Below, piece by piece: positions 51,327 through 64,000 of a DNA stretch of 64,000 nt. The stretch's first letter is position 1, and each line of letters begins with the position of its first letter. The position numbers and the translations under genes were made by a program. The notes beneath the pieces were generated by a model. That model searched no databases and was not told the DNA's origin. It worked only from the letters and a program-made list of their open reading frames with translations. The DNA is from Phoronis australis (taxonomy: Eukaryota; Animalia; Phoronida), in contig NMRA01000321.1 in NCBI GenBank assembly GCA_002633005.1, positions 447,131-511,130 of the forward strand. Direction: 5' to 3'.

Positions 51327-54300
51327 ATGAAGTCTTTGCTGAGTTTGATCATTTTGGTATGTATTGAACTAGGTATTATACAGTACAAGCGTTCTCCATT
51401 CAATTTCTTTTATGAGAATGATTATTGTTTAGAATATACACGTACACGCATTTACTTATGTTCTTCTCGTCGAGTGTTTTAATCAGTTCAGACCATCAAT
51501 TAAAATATTAACCATCTCGCGATTTTTAATCATTAATGTATGTGTGTTGTTTGCTCTTAATTTTTAAAAGACATTGAAGAATCAGAAAATGAACTGCAAT
51601 CGTTTAAAGTTCGCCATTTGACAAAAATGACTAAATTTATTTTGTGAAGTTTGATAAAAGGAATAAAGAGAAAGGGCGCTTATAAATAGTTAGACTTTAA
51701 TTGTTTTTCCAAACTTTGATCTAAAATTGAGAAGTGGTGATTTCTGCAGAAAGTTTACTTTTTGCTACTAATTATTCGGAAGTTATGCAATTCCCTATAT
51801 TCCACTGTTAAATTAAAACAAAAATAAGGGCAGCACATTACATTGAAAATATAATTGATTATAAACTGAAAATATATGTTGACTTGGTCTTCGCGAACAC
51901 CTTATGGCGGAAATGTCACGACGGGCTTGGTTCACGTTATTTAGTACTTGAACTAAAGATTCTAGAAAAAGGTACCGTCAAATTTGAAAAAAAAAACAAG
52001 TCTTTGAAAAGCTGCTATTAAGTACGCACGTATAACGTCGTTGTTGAGACAATAACGTCTAGTACAGCCTGAGTACAGTGGGAGACATATACTTGTAGGG
52101 CTTTTCGCTGAGCGATTCAGCGGGTACGTCACCGAGACTGGAAGCCAGTGCTATTTACGACGGGCATGGAACGGAAGGGCCATTGCTTTATTATGACGGC
52201 GTCAATACCTTTAAGGCAGACATTTCTTTCTCTGTCAACAACAATCTTCCAAATCCAGCTACACTCATCCTGTCATGCGTGTAAGTTATATGAATTGTAG
52301 ATTTGAACAACCAAGTTTTGGCAGTGGGAGATAATTCAACGGATGTAGAAGTAACATGGTTCCACGTGATCACTGCAATGGGCCTACCTGAGCGGCCAGG
52401 TACAAGGTGTACAGAATTTTGCCAAAGAAAATGCGAGTCTTTAAATTAAAATTTGAATTGGTATTCGTAACAAATAATGATCAGCATAGACGCAAAAACG
52501 TCTAGATACATGTACTCTCTTAACGTCTGACGCTCACTAACACTATAGCCACTGGTCGGTTTGTGACTGGTCTTCATAACAAGTCACGTAATATAATTCG
52601 CAAGAGCAGCGCTACCTGTTAGCTACAAACCCTTTGGTCGATTGAGAGTGCCTTTCCAGAAGAGAAAAATCCCCGACTCCAATTTCCTGTATTTCAATCT
52701 GTCAAGCGTTTGTGGTTTTGGCTTGAGTTGTTAAGATGCAAACGTATCCCTCTACAGCTTTTCTGGTGGTAAGTTTTGTATTTTTTAAAATGTTCAAAGA
52801 TAATTTACTTGTATGTTTAGGATGAGGAAATCTGTTTCCAAGAAACTGAGTCATTTCAAACACAACGAGGTCTTCGTTCAGAAACACGTGTTCGAGATCG
52901 CTGGTAACACTGAGCTGGAGAAAACCCAAAAATTCGCTTTCTCAGTGCAGATCAATGAGCATAGCGGTTTCAAGGGGCATATGCAATGCAGTGCCGACCT
53001 GAGCTTTGAGAACGAATATGGAAGAAACCTACACAAAACCATGATGTTGAAGAACCCTCCACGCATTTACGTCTACTCTGTGTCCGGTGAGTACAAGAAA
53101 TGTATTGACAAATACTTTAAGTAGTACTTGCAATATGATAGTTCTGGTCAAAATGTTTGATTGTCGTTAAAAACGACTCTACATACTAACATAATAAATG
53201 ACAAATAGATTTCCAACATTAATGAAAGAAAATAACGTCCTGTTTAATGTTGTCAACCCTCAAATGTTGAAGACTATTATTGTGTCTGTTGAACCAACAA
53301 GCTTGACTAATATTTGAGGTAAATCAATAGATTTGTGCAAAAGGCAGTCCGAGTGTAAACATGACACACGGAGCAGAGGCTGAGGAGAAGCTGACGCTAG
53401 AGGGAGCGCGGTTCATAACTGAATCACCGCCTCGATCACAGATAAAATCTGGCATAAAACGGCGAGAATTGGCAATTTGCAATCAACTCACAAAAGACAT
53501 CGATCATTGTTGCTTTATAGACCTGACCAAAGCTAATAGTTTCAAGAAATAGATCCCGTCTACCCAAAATGTTTTCCGGACATCGAACAGATGTCCCCTA
53601 AAACCTGCGTAACCAGATGACATCTTACTACAGCACACATCACGAATTTTTGGCCGACCGGTCGGAAATTGGTCGACGACCGGCCGTCGACCGGTCGTCT
53701 AGCCGACCAGCAGCCGACCAACAACGGTCGGCTAGGAGCCGTCTGCTTAGTCGCCTCTGTGGTCGGCACTTGGGTCGGCTAATTGGTCGCCTAGCGTAGA
53801 CGACCAATTCGGATTAAGCGTGTCCTTGGTCGGCAATTACCATTTTATGACCTAGCGGGTGAACTTTGGACAAACAAACATCTAACTGGTCGCTGTTCGT
53901 TTACCAGTGGCAACTCCGGTCTTGACATCGGTTTATCAAATTTTGTTCAACTATTGAATGGAGGTAAAATCGAATCAACCTACAAATACGAAGTGCGTGG
54001 CATTACNGAACGAATATGGAAGAAACCTACACAAAACCATGATGTTGAAGAACTCTCCACGTATTTACGTCTACTCTGTGTCCGGTGAGTACAAGAAATG
54101 TATTGACATATACTTTAAGTAGTACTTGCAATATGATAGTTCTAGTCAAAATATTTGATTATCGTTAAAAACGACTCTACATACTAACATAATAAATGAC
54201 AAATAGATTTCCAACATTAATGAAAGAAAATAACGTCCTATTTTATGTTGTCAACCCTCAAATGTTGAAGGCTATTATTGTGTCTGTTGAACCAACAAGC

Positions 54301-57300
54301 TTGACTAATATTTGAGGTAAATCAATAGATTTGTGCAAAGGCAGTCCGAGTGTAAACATCACACACGGAGCAGAGGCTGAGGAGAAGCTGACGCTAGAGG
54401 GAGCGCGGTTCATAATCACCGCCTCGATTACAGATAAAATCTGGCATAAAACGGCGAGAATTGGCAATTTGCAATCAACTCACAAAAGACATCGATCTTT
54501 GTTGCTTTATAGAACTGACCAAAGCTAATAGTTTCAAGAAATAGATCCCGTACCTACCCAAAATGTTTTCCGGACATCGAACAGATGTCCCCTAAAACCT
54601 GCGTGACCAGATGACATCTTACTATTTCAGTGAATGGATATTGGAGTGAGTGGAGCTCGGAAGACCTCAGATGCCGTGTAACTTGCGGCAACGGGGAGAC
54701 GTACAAGACAAGAACCTGCACCAGGCCAGCACCTGTGGGTAATGGCAAGGATTGTTCGGGAAATTCGACTGAGGGTTGCTCAACTCGAGTTTGTCTAGGT
54801 AAGTCTAATGAAAACTTAACGCCTGTGCGAGAAATGACGAGAATTGAAGACTGTTGACCACGGGTTGGTTTCATGAAAGTGGCTTATGACTTCAGACAAA
54901 AATTTGGTCTCACGATCCCACACAATTGGTGAAATATGGTAATTATGAGCGCATCTTGCACGCGAAATAATTTAGAGATGAAACTATCTCAGCAACTATC
55001 AGTCAAGTGTTTAAATTTTTTGTTCAGGTGAAATTAACTGATTTTTCAGAAATATTGTTGTGTGCACGGTAATGCCAAATTTCTGAATTTCATGAAACAG
55101 AGCACTGGGCCAAGTTGCAGTTATGATCGATAGCAACGACGACATCGCGTTCATATTGTTTCAACATTTGAACTAAACAATACGCAACCCAGCAAGTCAA
55201 CTTATACAACACAAAAGCTTGTCTACTTAAATAAAAAAAAAACAATTTCAACAGTTCACCAGTTCGTTCTGTGCCTACATATGAGTTCCTGAGCCACAGC
55301 AAAAGCCAACATTCTGTCAAACTTGAAATAGTGCGGTGATCTAATCTAAGAACTATGATTTTAGACAATATTATCAACGTATTAATAATGACGGACTCTG
55401 AAACTAGCTCAGGTGTATTTTGTTTACCCAGATACTGACAATCTAGAACAAACTTTGAAACCATAGAATTGCAAGGTATAAAATGGTCGCCAATTTCGAG
55501 GTCCAACTGCATCTCTACAACCGAATATATGGTCTGTGCACTGATAAGCCGTAAAATGTAACAATTTCGTAAAATGTAACAGCTGTTACATTTTATGTCG
55601 TTGTTGCATTTTACGTTCACAAGCCTCTCCTAAAATGTACTGGCGAGAAATGTACCATTGTTACATTTTACGAAACCAAAGTCATATTGCAAAGAAAATT
55701 ACCAAAATCACGAACAAGTGGTATCTGACACGGCTGGGGAGTACTGTTGTCTTCTTTTGGGCGACGGGTGCATCCTGAAAAATGATGTTCTTCTGTAACC
55801 GTTTAGAGGGTGTGCTCGGACAAAAAGTGACCCATTTAGAGACTAATTTGTGTAAAAATGTTCGCATAGTTCGAAAAAAATGACGCCATTTTGGAGAGTA
55901 TTTTGTCTGTGAAAAGCACCCTTTCAGGCGGCACTTTTTGTACACCTATCCTAGAGGAATGCCAATGCCGTCGGGGCTGACACGATATGAATTTGGTTAC
56001 CTATTATGATTATTATTTGTTTTACACTACTATTACTACTATTACTACTAATACTCGTTTTCGTTTTCGTTATTATTATTATTGTTATTAATATTTTTAA
56101 AATTTATTGAACGAGGGCTTAATACATGTTTAGCAAAGTTTTAATACATCATGATTCTCAAAGGTTTTATAATCATCTCATTTATGGTTCGAAGTTTTCA
56201 CCGGGGTTTCCATAGTGGACAGCGAGTGCCGTTCCAAAAGAATTTTAAAGGGTTTCCTACGTTCAGCCTTAACGATATTGTGAGAAACGTCTTGACAGCT
56301 GTGGATGCAGAGTAGACCTACTTTTTGGAAACGAGGAGGTTGAGATTTAAAATCTTGTTTAGACGTGCGCCAACTTCAAATGTTGATTATTTCTGAACTA
56401 TCGGAAAGCACTGTGTTGTTTTGTAAATATCAATCATTAGTTTGCCACGAAGAACTGAATTCAGATAGCAATATTTTACTCGCGACTTACATGTACATGT
56501 ACATCTAAACGTGAGGATACCCACAGTGTAATGAGTTTTGTCTCTTGTTGAAAACATTCATTTTCAAAGAACTGGGGATCGTTTGACGATGATATGCAAT
56601 TGCGTTAAGTTGAACTCTGGAGGCGGACATTTTTCGAGAACTAACGACTAGTTGGCTGCGGTCACCGGGTCACCTGGTAACGGACATTCAAAACACGCAA
56701 CGATTTGATGTAGAACGGGCCCCAACATTCTTAGAAAAACACAGTAATATAAAATAGTGATTTGAACAAACTTTCTCTGAAAGTTGATTGTATGGAACAA
56801 AAACGGCCAACGGTGAAGCCAGCGATGTTTAATATGAACTTTTAATGCAATGTATCAATAGGGTTAATAAAACCAAATTCCCTTATCTGGGAGCTGCAAC
56901 ACAAAGAATGGCGCCTCATGAGACACGTGACTTCACGTCCATTGATAATAGAATTCCAATCTTCGTCTTTATTTATATGTACTTCAAACTGACGATCATT
57001 GACCAAAAAGCAATTTTAATAGAAAGAGAAAGTCCATGCATTTGTAGTCCGAAAGGCCAACAGTCAGATTTTTTGGACTACTGCTCCTATAAACTATCGA
57101 CCTAATCCAGGTTTGAGCAAAATGATCATGTCATTTGAGAGTGCAAAATTTCTTTCAATTTCCATAGCTAGGCATCCCATTTTGAAGTATACTCGGTCAC
57201 GGCTTGATATGTCGTTACCACAACTATTTCAGACAGGTTTGACATCATTTGAGCAATGATATTTCTTTCAGCTTTTAAGCTGTATAAAACACGCTACCAT

Positions 57301-58528
57301 GCCTCCACTTTTTAAACTACATGTACATGTATTAACTCGCTCTTCTCAAGGGCGATACTCTGCTGTTAAATTGGCAAAATCTGTCAACCTTCTGGCAAAT
57401 ACAAAATGCAAAGGCGTGCTTATATTTCCTCCCGCCACGATGTCCACGAAATTGTAATTCGTAACAAAGGTGGTAGAAAGAACATGTCGGCATCAGAAAC
57501 ATTTGTTTTGCTACTTTTGTGTGGAGCAGGGCAATTACTGCATTAGCGATGACTCCAAGGCAATAAAACACTGGTTGAAATAGGCCAAACTATCGCGGAC
57601 TAAAACGGGTGTTTTTTGCTATCAAATTGGCTTCCGAAATTAAATTATTCATGGTTTCAGCACGTGCTGTGCTCCCCTTCGTCATTTTGTAGAGGCTAAA
57701 TCTCACGCCTGTTCTATGTGAAAATAATTTAGCTACATCTGCCATTTTGGATGCGTAAAGCAGTTTCTTTATGACATTTTATCACTCTGTAATTGAAAAG
57801 TTAACGTGGAAAACTGGTCATTCATCAAGTTCTTTTGATTTGATGTTGCTTTAAAGGATGAGGTATGAATTATCATTTCTGATTGTTGCAGCTACTACTG
57901 TACACATACATGTACCTGTGGTCAAATTATTGTGTCATTGTGCCTGTCATGACTTTGATAACTCTTCTGGAATCAAACCGTTTGCGGTGCACTGTGGACT
58001 CTTATTAATGCTTCGCGTAGCTTGAACAGGTTGTGCTATAATATTTCAGCTGAGCCAAGTTTGATCACAGAAGAATCTTTGAATTGGATTGCCCAGTGGT
58101 TACCTGACGTAACCTTTAAGAGAATTTATCGATCAACTGAGGACGGGTTGAACAAGAATGCGTTTCTAAGTGCGGCAGAGGTCCAACCTCCTACTATAGT
58201 GATCGGAAAGGATTCGAACACTGGCGTATATTACGGGGGCTACACCACGCTTTTGTGGTTCCCTTCAGTGCTTAAGAGATACGACGAAAATGCGTTCATA
58301 TTTAAAATCAATTGCACTGGAAATGGAAATTGCACAGCTTCCCAATTCATGTTCGGCGGCACATCATCGGATAAAAATATTGTGAATGGGGCGCTCCCAT
58401 CTTTTACGAGCCAGCTCGACTTCAATGGCAACAAAGAATGCGTTGCTGGAGTTCTGTACGGACTTGGATATGAAAACCTTGGCTGCAGTGGAAACTGGGA
58501 CATCATTGAAGCCTACCAAGTGAAATAA
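51327..58528 (+). CDS. secreted protein: signal peptide + unknown domain + TSP1 + TLDc, 5 exons, ~374 aa
   Basis: Exons 51327-51356, 52099-52280, 52821-53086, 54631-54798 and 58050-58528 have compatible phases (0,2,1,1). Signal MKSLLSLIILGFSLS; TATA-like TATAAGA near 51197. Confidence 0.7.
53010..54625 (+). repeat. ~620-bp near-identical duplication (53010-53628 vs 54008-54625) across an N gap
   Basis: Direct sequence comparison; N at 54007; copy 1 continues into an unrelated, palindrome-rich insertion. Confidence 0.9.
54631..54798 (+). CDS. thrombospondin type-1 repeat exon
   Basis: VNGYWSEWS..CRVTCGNG..RTCTRPAPVGNGKDCSG..C..C; symmetric phase 1-1 exon, donor GTAAGT. Confidence 0.92.
58050..58528 (+). 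CDS. TLDc-domain terminal exon
   Basis: IYRSTEDG...F...PTIVIGKD..YYGGYT..W..DENAFIF...IEAYQV* fits the recalled TLDc consensus. Confidence 0.85.
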
Positions 58529-61327
58529 GCGCTTGTTAGTAACAAGATATACATGTACATTAGTTGAGGGAAATTTCAGAATACACACAATTTGTAAACG
58601 GTTTATTTAGAAAATAATTATCTCAAAGAAACGCTGTTTGAAAGTAAAGCAGTGTGTACAGTTTTGAAAACAAACAGTCAGCAAATAGTAGCGTGACCAC
58701 ATCTGAAGACAGTTGCTTCATAAACCGACTGGTCCTACATACAGGTTTCAAGTCACCGCTTACATTGCCTTGGTGGTTACGTCTAAAATCTAACATGCAA
58801 AACACACTATATATTATACTTTAAAAAAGCCTAATTTCAACGGAGTTTTTGTTATTTTAGATGCATTAGGCTAACCAGGTAGTCCTAGCAAAGCTTAAAT
58901 GATAGCTGATGTCGCATTTTCGCGTCATGTTGCGTCGCCGCGAGATCCCTGCACAAACAACAAAAGGCCGACAACAGTTGTATTGAATAGAGGTCTGTTG
59001 GGTGTCATAGGCAGCGGTAATTCTCGCGGTGACGTAGACAAATAGAACCAATACGTTCGTTACATTTGACAAATTATGGCACGAGTGGGTACAGAGTGAT
59101 GCTCTTAATATATAGTAGAATCCAAATTTTTCAGGTGTTACCGTTCAAGATAGGTTTTAATAGATGTGACCATCGGTCAAGTGGTCTGTTCTGGAAGAGT
59201 TTGTCCAGGAGGATAATTCCACAAAGCAGTCTCTGTTTCAATTGTTGTAACGCTGCATGGAGCAGGGCTGGCGCTGTTAAGATTTTGGAGTTTAAAGATA
59301 AAAACGATGCAATCTGAAGTCGAATAGCTTAGCATCAAAAATATATAGTATAGCCTGTTGTTTCACTGTGGCATTACTAGACGGGGATCGTAAAGACAAT
59401 TTTGGCAGTGTAGCATTAACATAATTATACATTATAACAATGCGCTTAGTAATTTCTCTAACGTAGTATTGTATACAAACGTTGCGATCGAAATGGTCTT
59501 GACTTGGTTTCAGGTATACGCTGGGGTAAAATTTCTGGTTTGATATTCATTGTAAATGTACTGTTACTGGAGTACTTTTTCAAAAATAGACTACCAAGTT
59601 TGGGATCATGGTTTACTTGCCCTTCTATAACGTGTATTGCGGGTTTTACTTCATATACTTGGAGGTATATATTTAAATAAATACATGTAAATGTATACAT
59701 CACGTGGGTTCCATGGCTTGTCTCTTCATTTTTTAATGCTGGTCCAGACCTTCAACGACGCCTTCGTCACTTCTACCTGTAAAAGCGTAAAGACAGAGCG
59801 TGAAAGTCAATATTCATTTTTTTTGATTTTATATGATTGCAAGTAAGCCTTGATTTTGTTAGCTGTCAGTTGGTCTGTCTGTCAGACACCGACTGCTGAC
59901 GGAGGAGGACTGGGGTTTTTCCTTGTGTAAATTTGGTAACTGTCTCTTGTACAGACCATCAAACTGGATACAATGACGTCATCTGTAAGAGCATAATTCT
60001 CAACTGACCTTAACCGAATTCCATTGATCGTCCTTACTACTTAGAGAAACTGAGCAGTTCTATGATTGGTAAAATGTTCGCTCTCGCTAGAATACCCTTG
60101 AAGAAGTTGATCATGGCCTCTGTAGGCACTGTACACTGCATTGGTCTTGCTTTGCACACATCGCTGGAATTGCTGCCTTTTTTACATCAAGCAGAAAATG
60201 TACAAACTGGATCAAAACCTGTGGGCTATTTCATCTCAAAAACGCTACACATCATCGAACAAACGTTATCCTGTCCCAGAATTTTGGCCCTTTCACGTCT
60301 ACTGAAAATGAAGCCAATTACACTAGTCTTTCCTGTCGATACTCAACACGAGCCAACACTAAAGATTTCGAAGGCGCGTGACTTATCGGCTGTTGATTTC
60401 GCAAACATGCTGCCATCCAATCAGATTTTTGGTAATTTTGAATTTTTTGACGTCTACCTGAACTTAAAGCAGATTCAGCAGTTGCAATTACCAACCATGG
60501 TAGAGGGAGCGGTCGATTTGAAGTAAGACGAATCTACAAATTAACTAGTGGATTTTCCCATTCACAACACATTCCAAAGCACAATCAAACCTAGCTGGTT
60601 CCCGAAGCCTACGTATACCTACACTATTTTAGACAAGTATGGAAAAATGTGGAGTTTGAAAATTAATGACCAATCAATCGTTTTACTATACAGAATGAGG
60701 GAAGTTTACATGTACATGTACGTATATACCCAAAACATGCCGAGAGTGGCGTACATGAAGTAATATCCCACGAGACCGAAGGTCGAGCTCGATACGAGGA
60801 ATGTCTAGTGGGATATTACTTCATGCACGCCAATCGAGGTACGTTTTGTATCTATCCCATACGACTCGAATTCCTAAGTTTCTTTCATTTTTCCGCAGAT
60901 TTTTTAAATACTCTACTCATACTGTTCAATCCCATCCTATATGTATGTACTTGCGCGTTAGATTACAAGTTTCCTCTAGTAAAAGAAACACTTTTAAATG
61001 TAACGATGTATTACTTGAAAAAAGATAAAGAATATAGAAACAACGGTGTAACTTTGCACCGAACTTTTAACATCTTCTGAAAATAGTTAAATGACAACAA
61101 TATTTGATACTGTAGTTACCGAAGCCGGAATCGGTGCCTGAGTTGCAGACGATATCATTAACCTGGTTCCCGGGCCTCACAAGATGACGTCTTGTTTACC
61201 GTCTTAATCGGTCTCTATCCACATCGTCTCTTATACGGTAGACCTCACCTTGCCGAGAGGTGTCGCCTTAACCTGTGAGGAAGGTAAGAAACGACGCAGC
61301 GACGTCAGTGGTTCGTCTGCAGAGTTA

Positions 61328-61738
61328 ATGCCGCTATATAGCGGTGCATCGTTCTTGCTTGTCCGAGCTAGCTATGAAGCTAAGAATAAAGCGTGTATAT
61401 CGTTTTTTCGACTTCCTCGAGAGTCCGAAATGCTTAGAACTGGCTCGCGGTAGTGAAAAATGAAAGGTACGCTGATAATAGCAAGTATGAGGCCGTGAAA
61501 CATCTCCGTGTCTGTTGCCGGTATTTCGTCGACAAGGTTCTCTGAAGCTCCGGCTTACCAAAGAACTATCCATACGTTCCGTTGTCTGTGCATGTCCCCG
61601 GCGCCTCTCTAGTATTTCTTGATCAGTGTACTCCGGTTCGAACTGATAGCCTGTGAAACCTAACGATCCGACCCGTGAAGTCTCCGTCGGATGACTGGCT
61701 CTTGACTAAGTCGGGATTGGCGCCCGGCGAGTTGCCAT
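61328..61738. mobile_element. collapsed Kolobok-like relic: degenerate THAP (+) convergent with KolX-like exon 1 (-)
   Basis: Plus strand 61328-61545: MP..ISFFRLP..(frameshift)WLAVVK..LRVCCRYF. Minus strand 61738-61559: GYQFEPEYTDQEILERR..|GTAAGC with one internal stop. Confidence 0.65.
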
Positions 61739-62102
61739 GTATTCTGCGTTCTGTTTCAAAATGAATTATTCTCTACCTAACCAATGCTTATACAAAACTG
61801 AAACAAAGTCTGTCTCATTATATACAATTTGTAATGCCTTTGCAGTATTCATGAGTGCAAATGTTGAGAAGCCAGCAGTGAATAAACCACTGCGTTACCG
61901 GCTTGCCGTGAACAAAGGTAATTGACCGGGCACCGAGGCCGTGTGAGCACATGCTAATTCATTGTTTGCTGACAGAAGGCTGTTGTGAAACAATTACTCG
62001 ATTTTACATGCTATTTTCACATGTTAGGGGAATCCTTATTTAGAAATACAAATGCATTATTCAAATCATTGTTAATGTACAACCTTTGGCATGACGGTCT
62101 AT

Positions 62103-63477
62103 AGACCCTATTCACGCCGACAGGAGGCGCGTTCCAAAACGAGGCTCGCTACGATAGCTCTGTTAGCTTATCGGCATAGGAGTCTGTGTTTCAGTCCGTG
62201 TTGTTCCGCGAACGGCTAGAAAAAAATACGGACACGCAACTGTCTGCTTTACAATCTGTAAAGACGTTGAGATTCTCAAGCGTTTGGTCGTTGCCATACG
62301 GCGCCGCGACGAAGCAAAATTTGTCCGTGTAAAATAAATGTTTTCGAAAAGTTAGATCATATNTTGAAACATTATAATTTTTCATTCCAAAAAGAAGAGG
62401 GCCTTAAATCCCTCAAATTTGGGGCCCAATATCGGCCCTATTCCCTTCTCAAAAATATTGAAATATCACGCGAAATTCCCCCCACGAGGCATAAAAATTC
62501 CCCTTGAGTGAAAAATCTCTCTGAGTTCACATCACCTGTAACCACACAGGTGACAGTTTTTAAGAGCACAAAAGGCTACTTTAAATTGAGACAGAGTCTA
62601 TGAGAGCAACAGGGCGGGGGTGCTATTGATGGTGATCGGGAGGTAGATTGTTCCCGCCCTCACTCGGCGAAAAAATCGCCTCTCAGTAGGCACTGGCACC
62701 TTTCCCCTCGGATGAACGGGGTTCCTGCAGAAACATGATAACTATGATTGCATTGTCCAGTTAAAGGAAAATGAGTTTTAAAACGAGGTTATGTTTTGGA
62801 CGAACGAATTAGGTGTTTTAATTTTAAAATTCAACTTGGTCCAGATTGATATTTGAAATCTAACACATGAAATAGACGTAAGAATTATTACAACCAAGAA
62901 AGCAGAATTGAGAGTCAAATAATTTTTATTTTCAATTACGAGCCTGGTTTATTATTTTAATAAATATATTTAATAACACCAATTCTTCTTTCAGATCAAT
63001 GACAAATCAACTGTTAGTCCCAGTGAGTGCATAGGATCAGGCTATGCTTGATGTTAATATTCTTGATCAACAAATTAAACCAGAATGTGACTAATTGCAC
63101 ATGACAGGCACCACTGTCAAATATTTCTTCAACTCGTCAACAATACGAGCAGATGACCTGGTTCGCGTAGAAAGTATTTTGATCAACAATTTACAAGAAA
63201 AAACGTAACCCTGCATTCAGCATAATACCTAATCCGTAACACTACGATCGCCACAATTTGGTCATATTTACTTTTCATGTATCGAACCTAGTTTTCCGAA
63301 AAAAAGTAAACCCTTTCGTCAGTGGTCTCTGTGGTTAATTGTCGACACATCATTAAAATTCAATATCCAGGTTGGACTCGAAAGACCGGCTATTTAACTC
63401 AGGCAATGTCTACTTAGCTTTGTTTATCGCAGTGTGCTTCGCTTTGGATTTTAATGTCCGCCGCGTGAATAGAGTCT
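62103..63477 (-). mobile_element. non-autonomous TIR DNA transposon, copy 2 (inverted)
   Basis: AT|AGACCCTATTCACGC ... GCGTGAATAGAGTCT|AT; long reverse-complement similarity to 33696-35283; contains an N at 62363. Confidence 0.75.
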
Positions 63478-64000
63478 ATGGAAAGGGAAACCGACTTCAC
63501 GGACCCCGACAAGTAAGTAGATTTTAAGTTTCGTGGCTAATTCACGTAAGTAATTACGTGCACATTATTTCTTCGGCTCACTATTACCTCACTATCAGTG
63601 TTTTAGTAGGGCGTGGACACAAGTACATGTAGGCGCAGTCCACCACCTTTTGGCATTTGAACGTCAGAGCGCCTACGCACCGTAAGTTAAGTTCAGTGCT
63701 CAAGGTGATACGGTGGGCTTTCGGCGCCTACTTACCTCTATTTTTACCAGTAAGTAAGTAAGTAATTTTTATTATAGTGACACGTGTAAAAATGAATTTA
63801 AACAATGAATTCGTTACAAAGACTAGGAACACCCAGCCCTCCACGGAGCTTATAAGTCACTTTATATACATGAGACACTACAGCACTGACTATTATAGTC
63901 TTTTCGTGACTGGAGGTTTAGTTTCCAACTCAAGCTGGTTTATGTTCGTGCCAGTCTCGGCGGTGGCGACGGGCCCGATCGGGTTCCGAGCCACTGGCTA

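Noticed and set aside
55090-55620. 176-aa minus ORF
   Set aside because: Intronic and antisense, begins in a motif array, and has no recognisable domain.
59150-60820. 154-aa ORF 60062-60526, minus-strand exon-like pieces and a hairpin at 60761-60819 as a Crypton or gene
   Set aside because: No recombinase catalytic motifs and no consistent splice model could be read.

Overview
AT-rich, intron-containing animal genomic DNA, probably from a marine invertebrate (inferred from GT-AG introns, very frequent TACATGTA motifs and many DNA-transposon relics). Two single-N scaffold gaps lie at 54007 and 62363. Splicing by hand gives four gene models. (1) A complete minus-strand ABIN/TNIP2-like gene (17462->9978) with a UBAN DFxxER motif, a C-terminal CCHC zinc finger and a canonical kB site in its promoter. 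(2) A 5-exon, ~213-aa coiled-coil orphan gene (43783->39262). (3) A candidate secreted helical protein (37189->31954) with features reminiscent of long-chain four-helix cytokines. (4) A plus-strand secreted protein with signal peptide, unknown domain, TSP1 and TLDc (51327->58528). Mobile DNA includes a 4975-bp TTAA-flanked Kolobok element carrying a THAP transposase remnant convergent with a P2X7-ballast/KolX-like gene. There is also a second, collapsed relic with the same gene pair, LINE, Penelope and hAT fragments, several MITE families, tRNA-derived SINE heads and minisatellites. Clusters of NF-kB, IRF, AP-1 and CRE motifs suggest an innate-immune locus. All calls come from reading the sequence by eye and from recalled family motifs; no searches were run.
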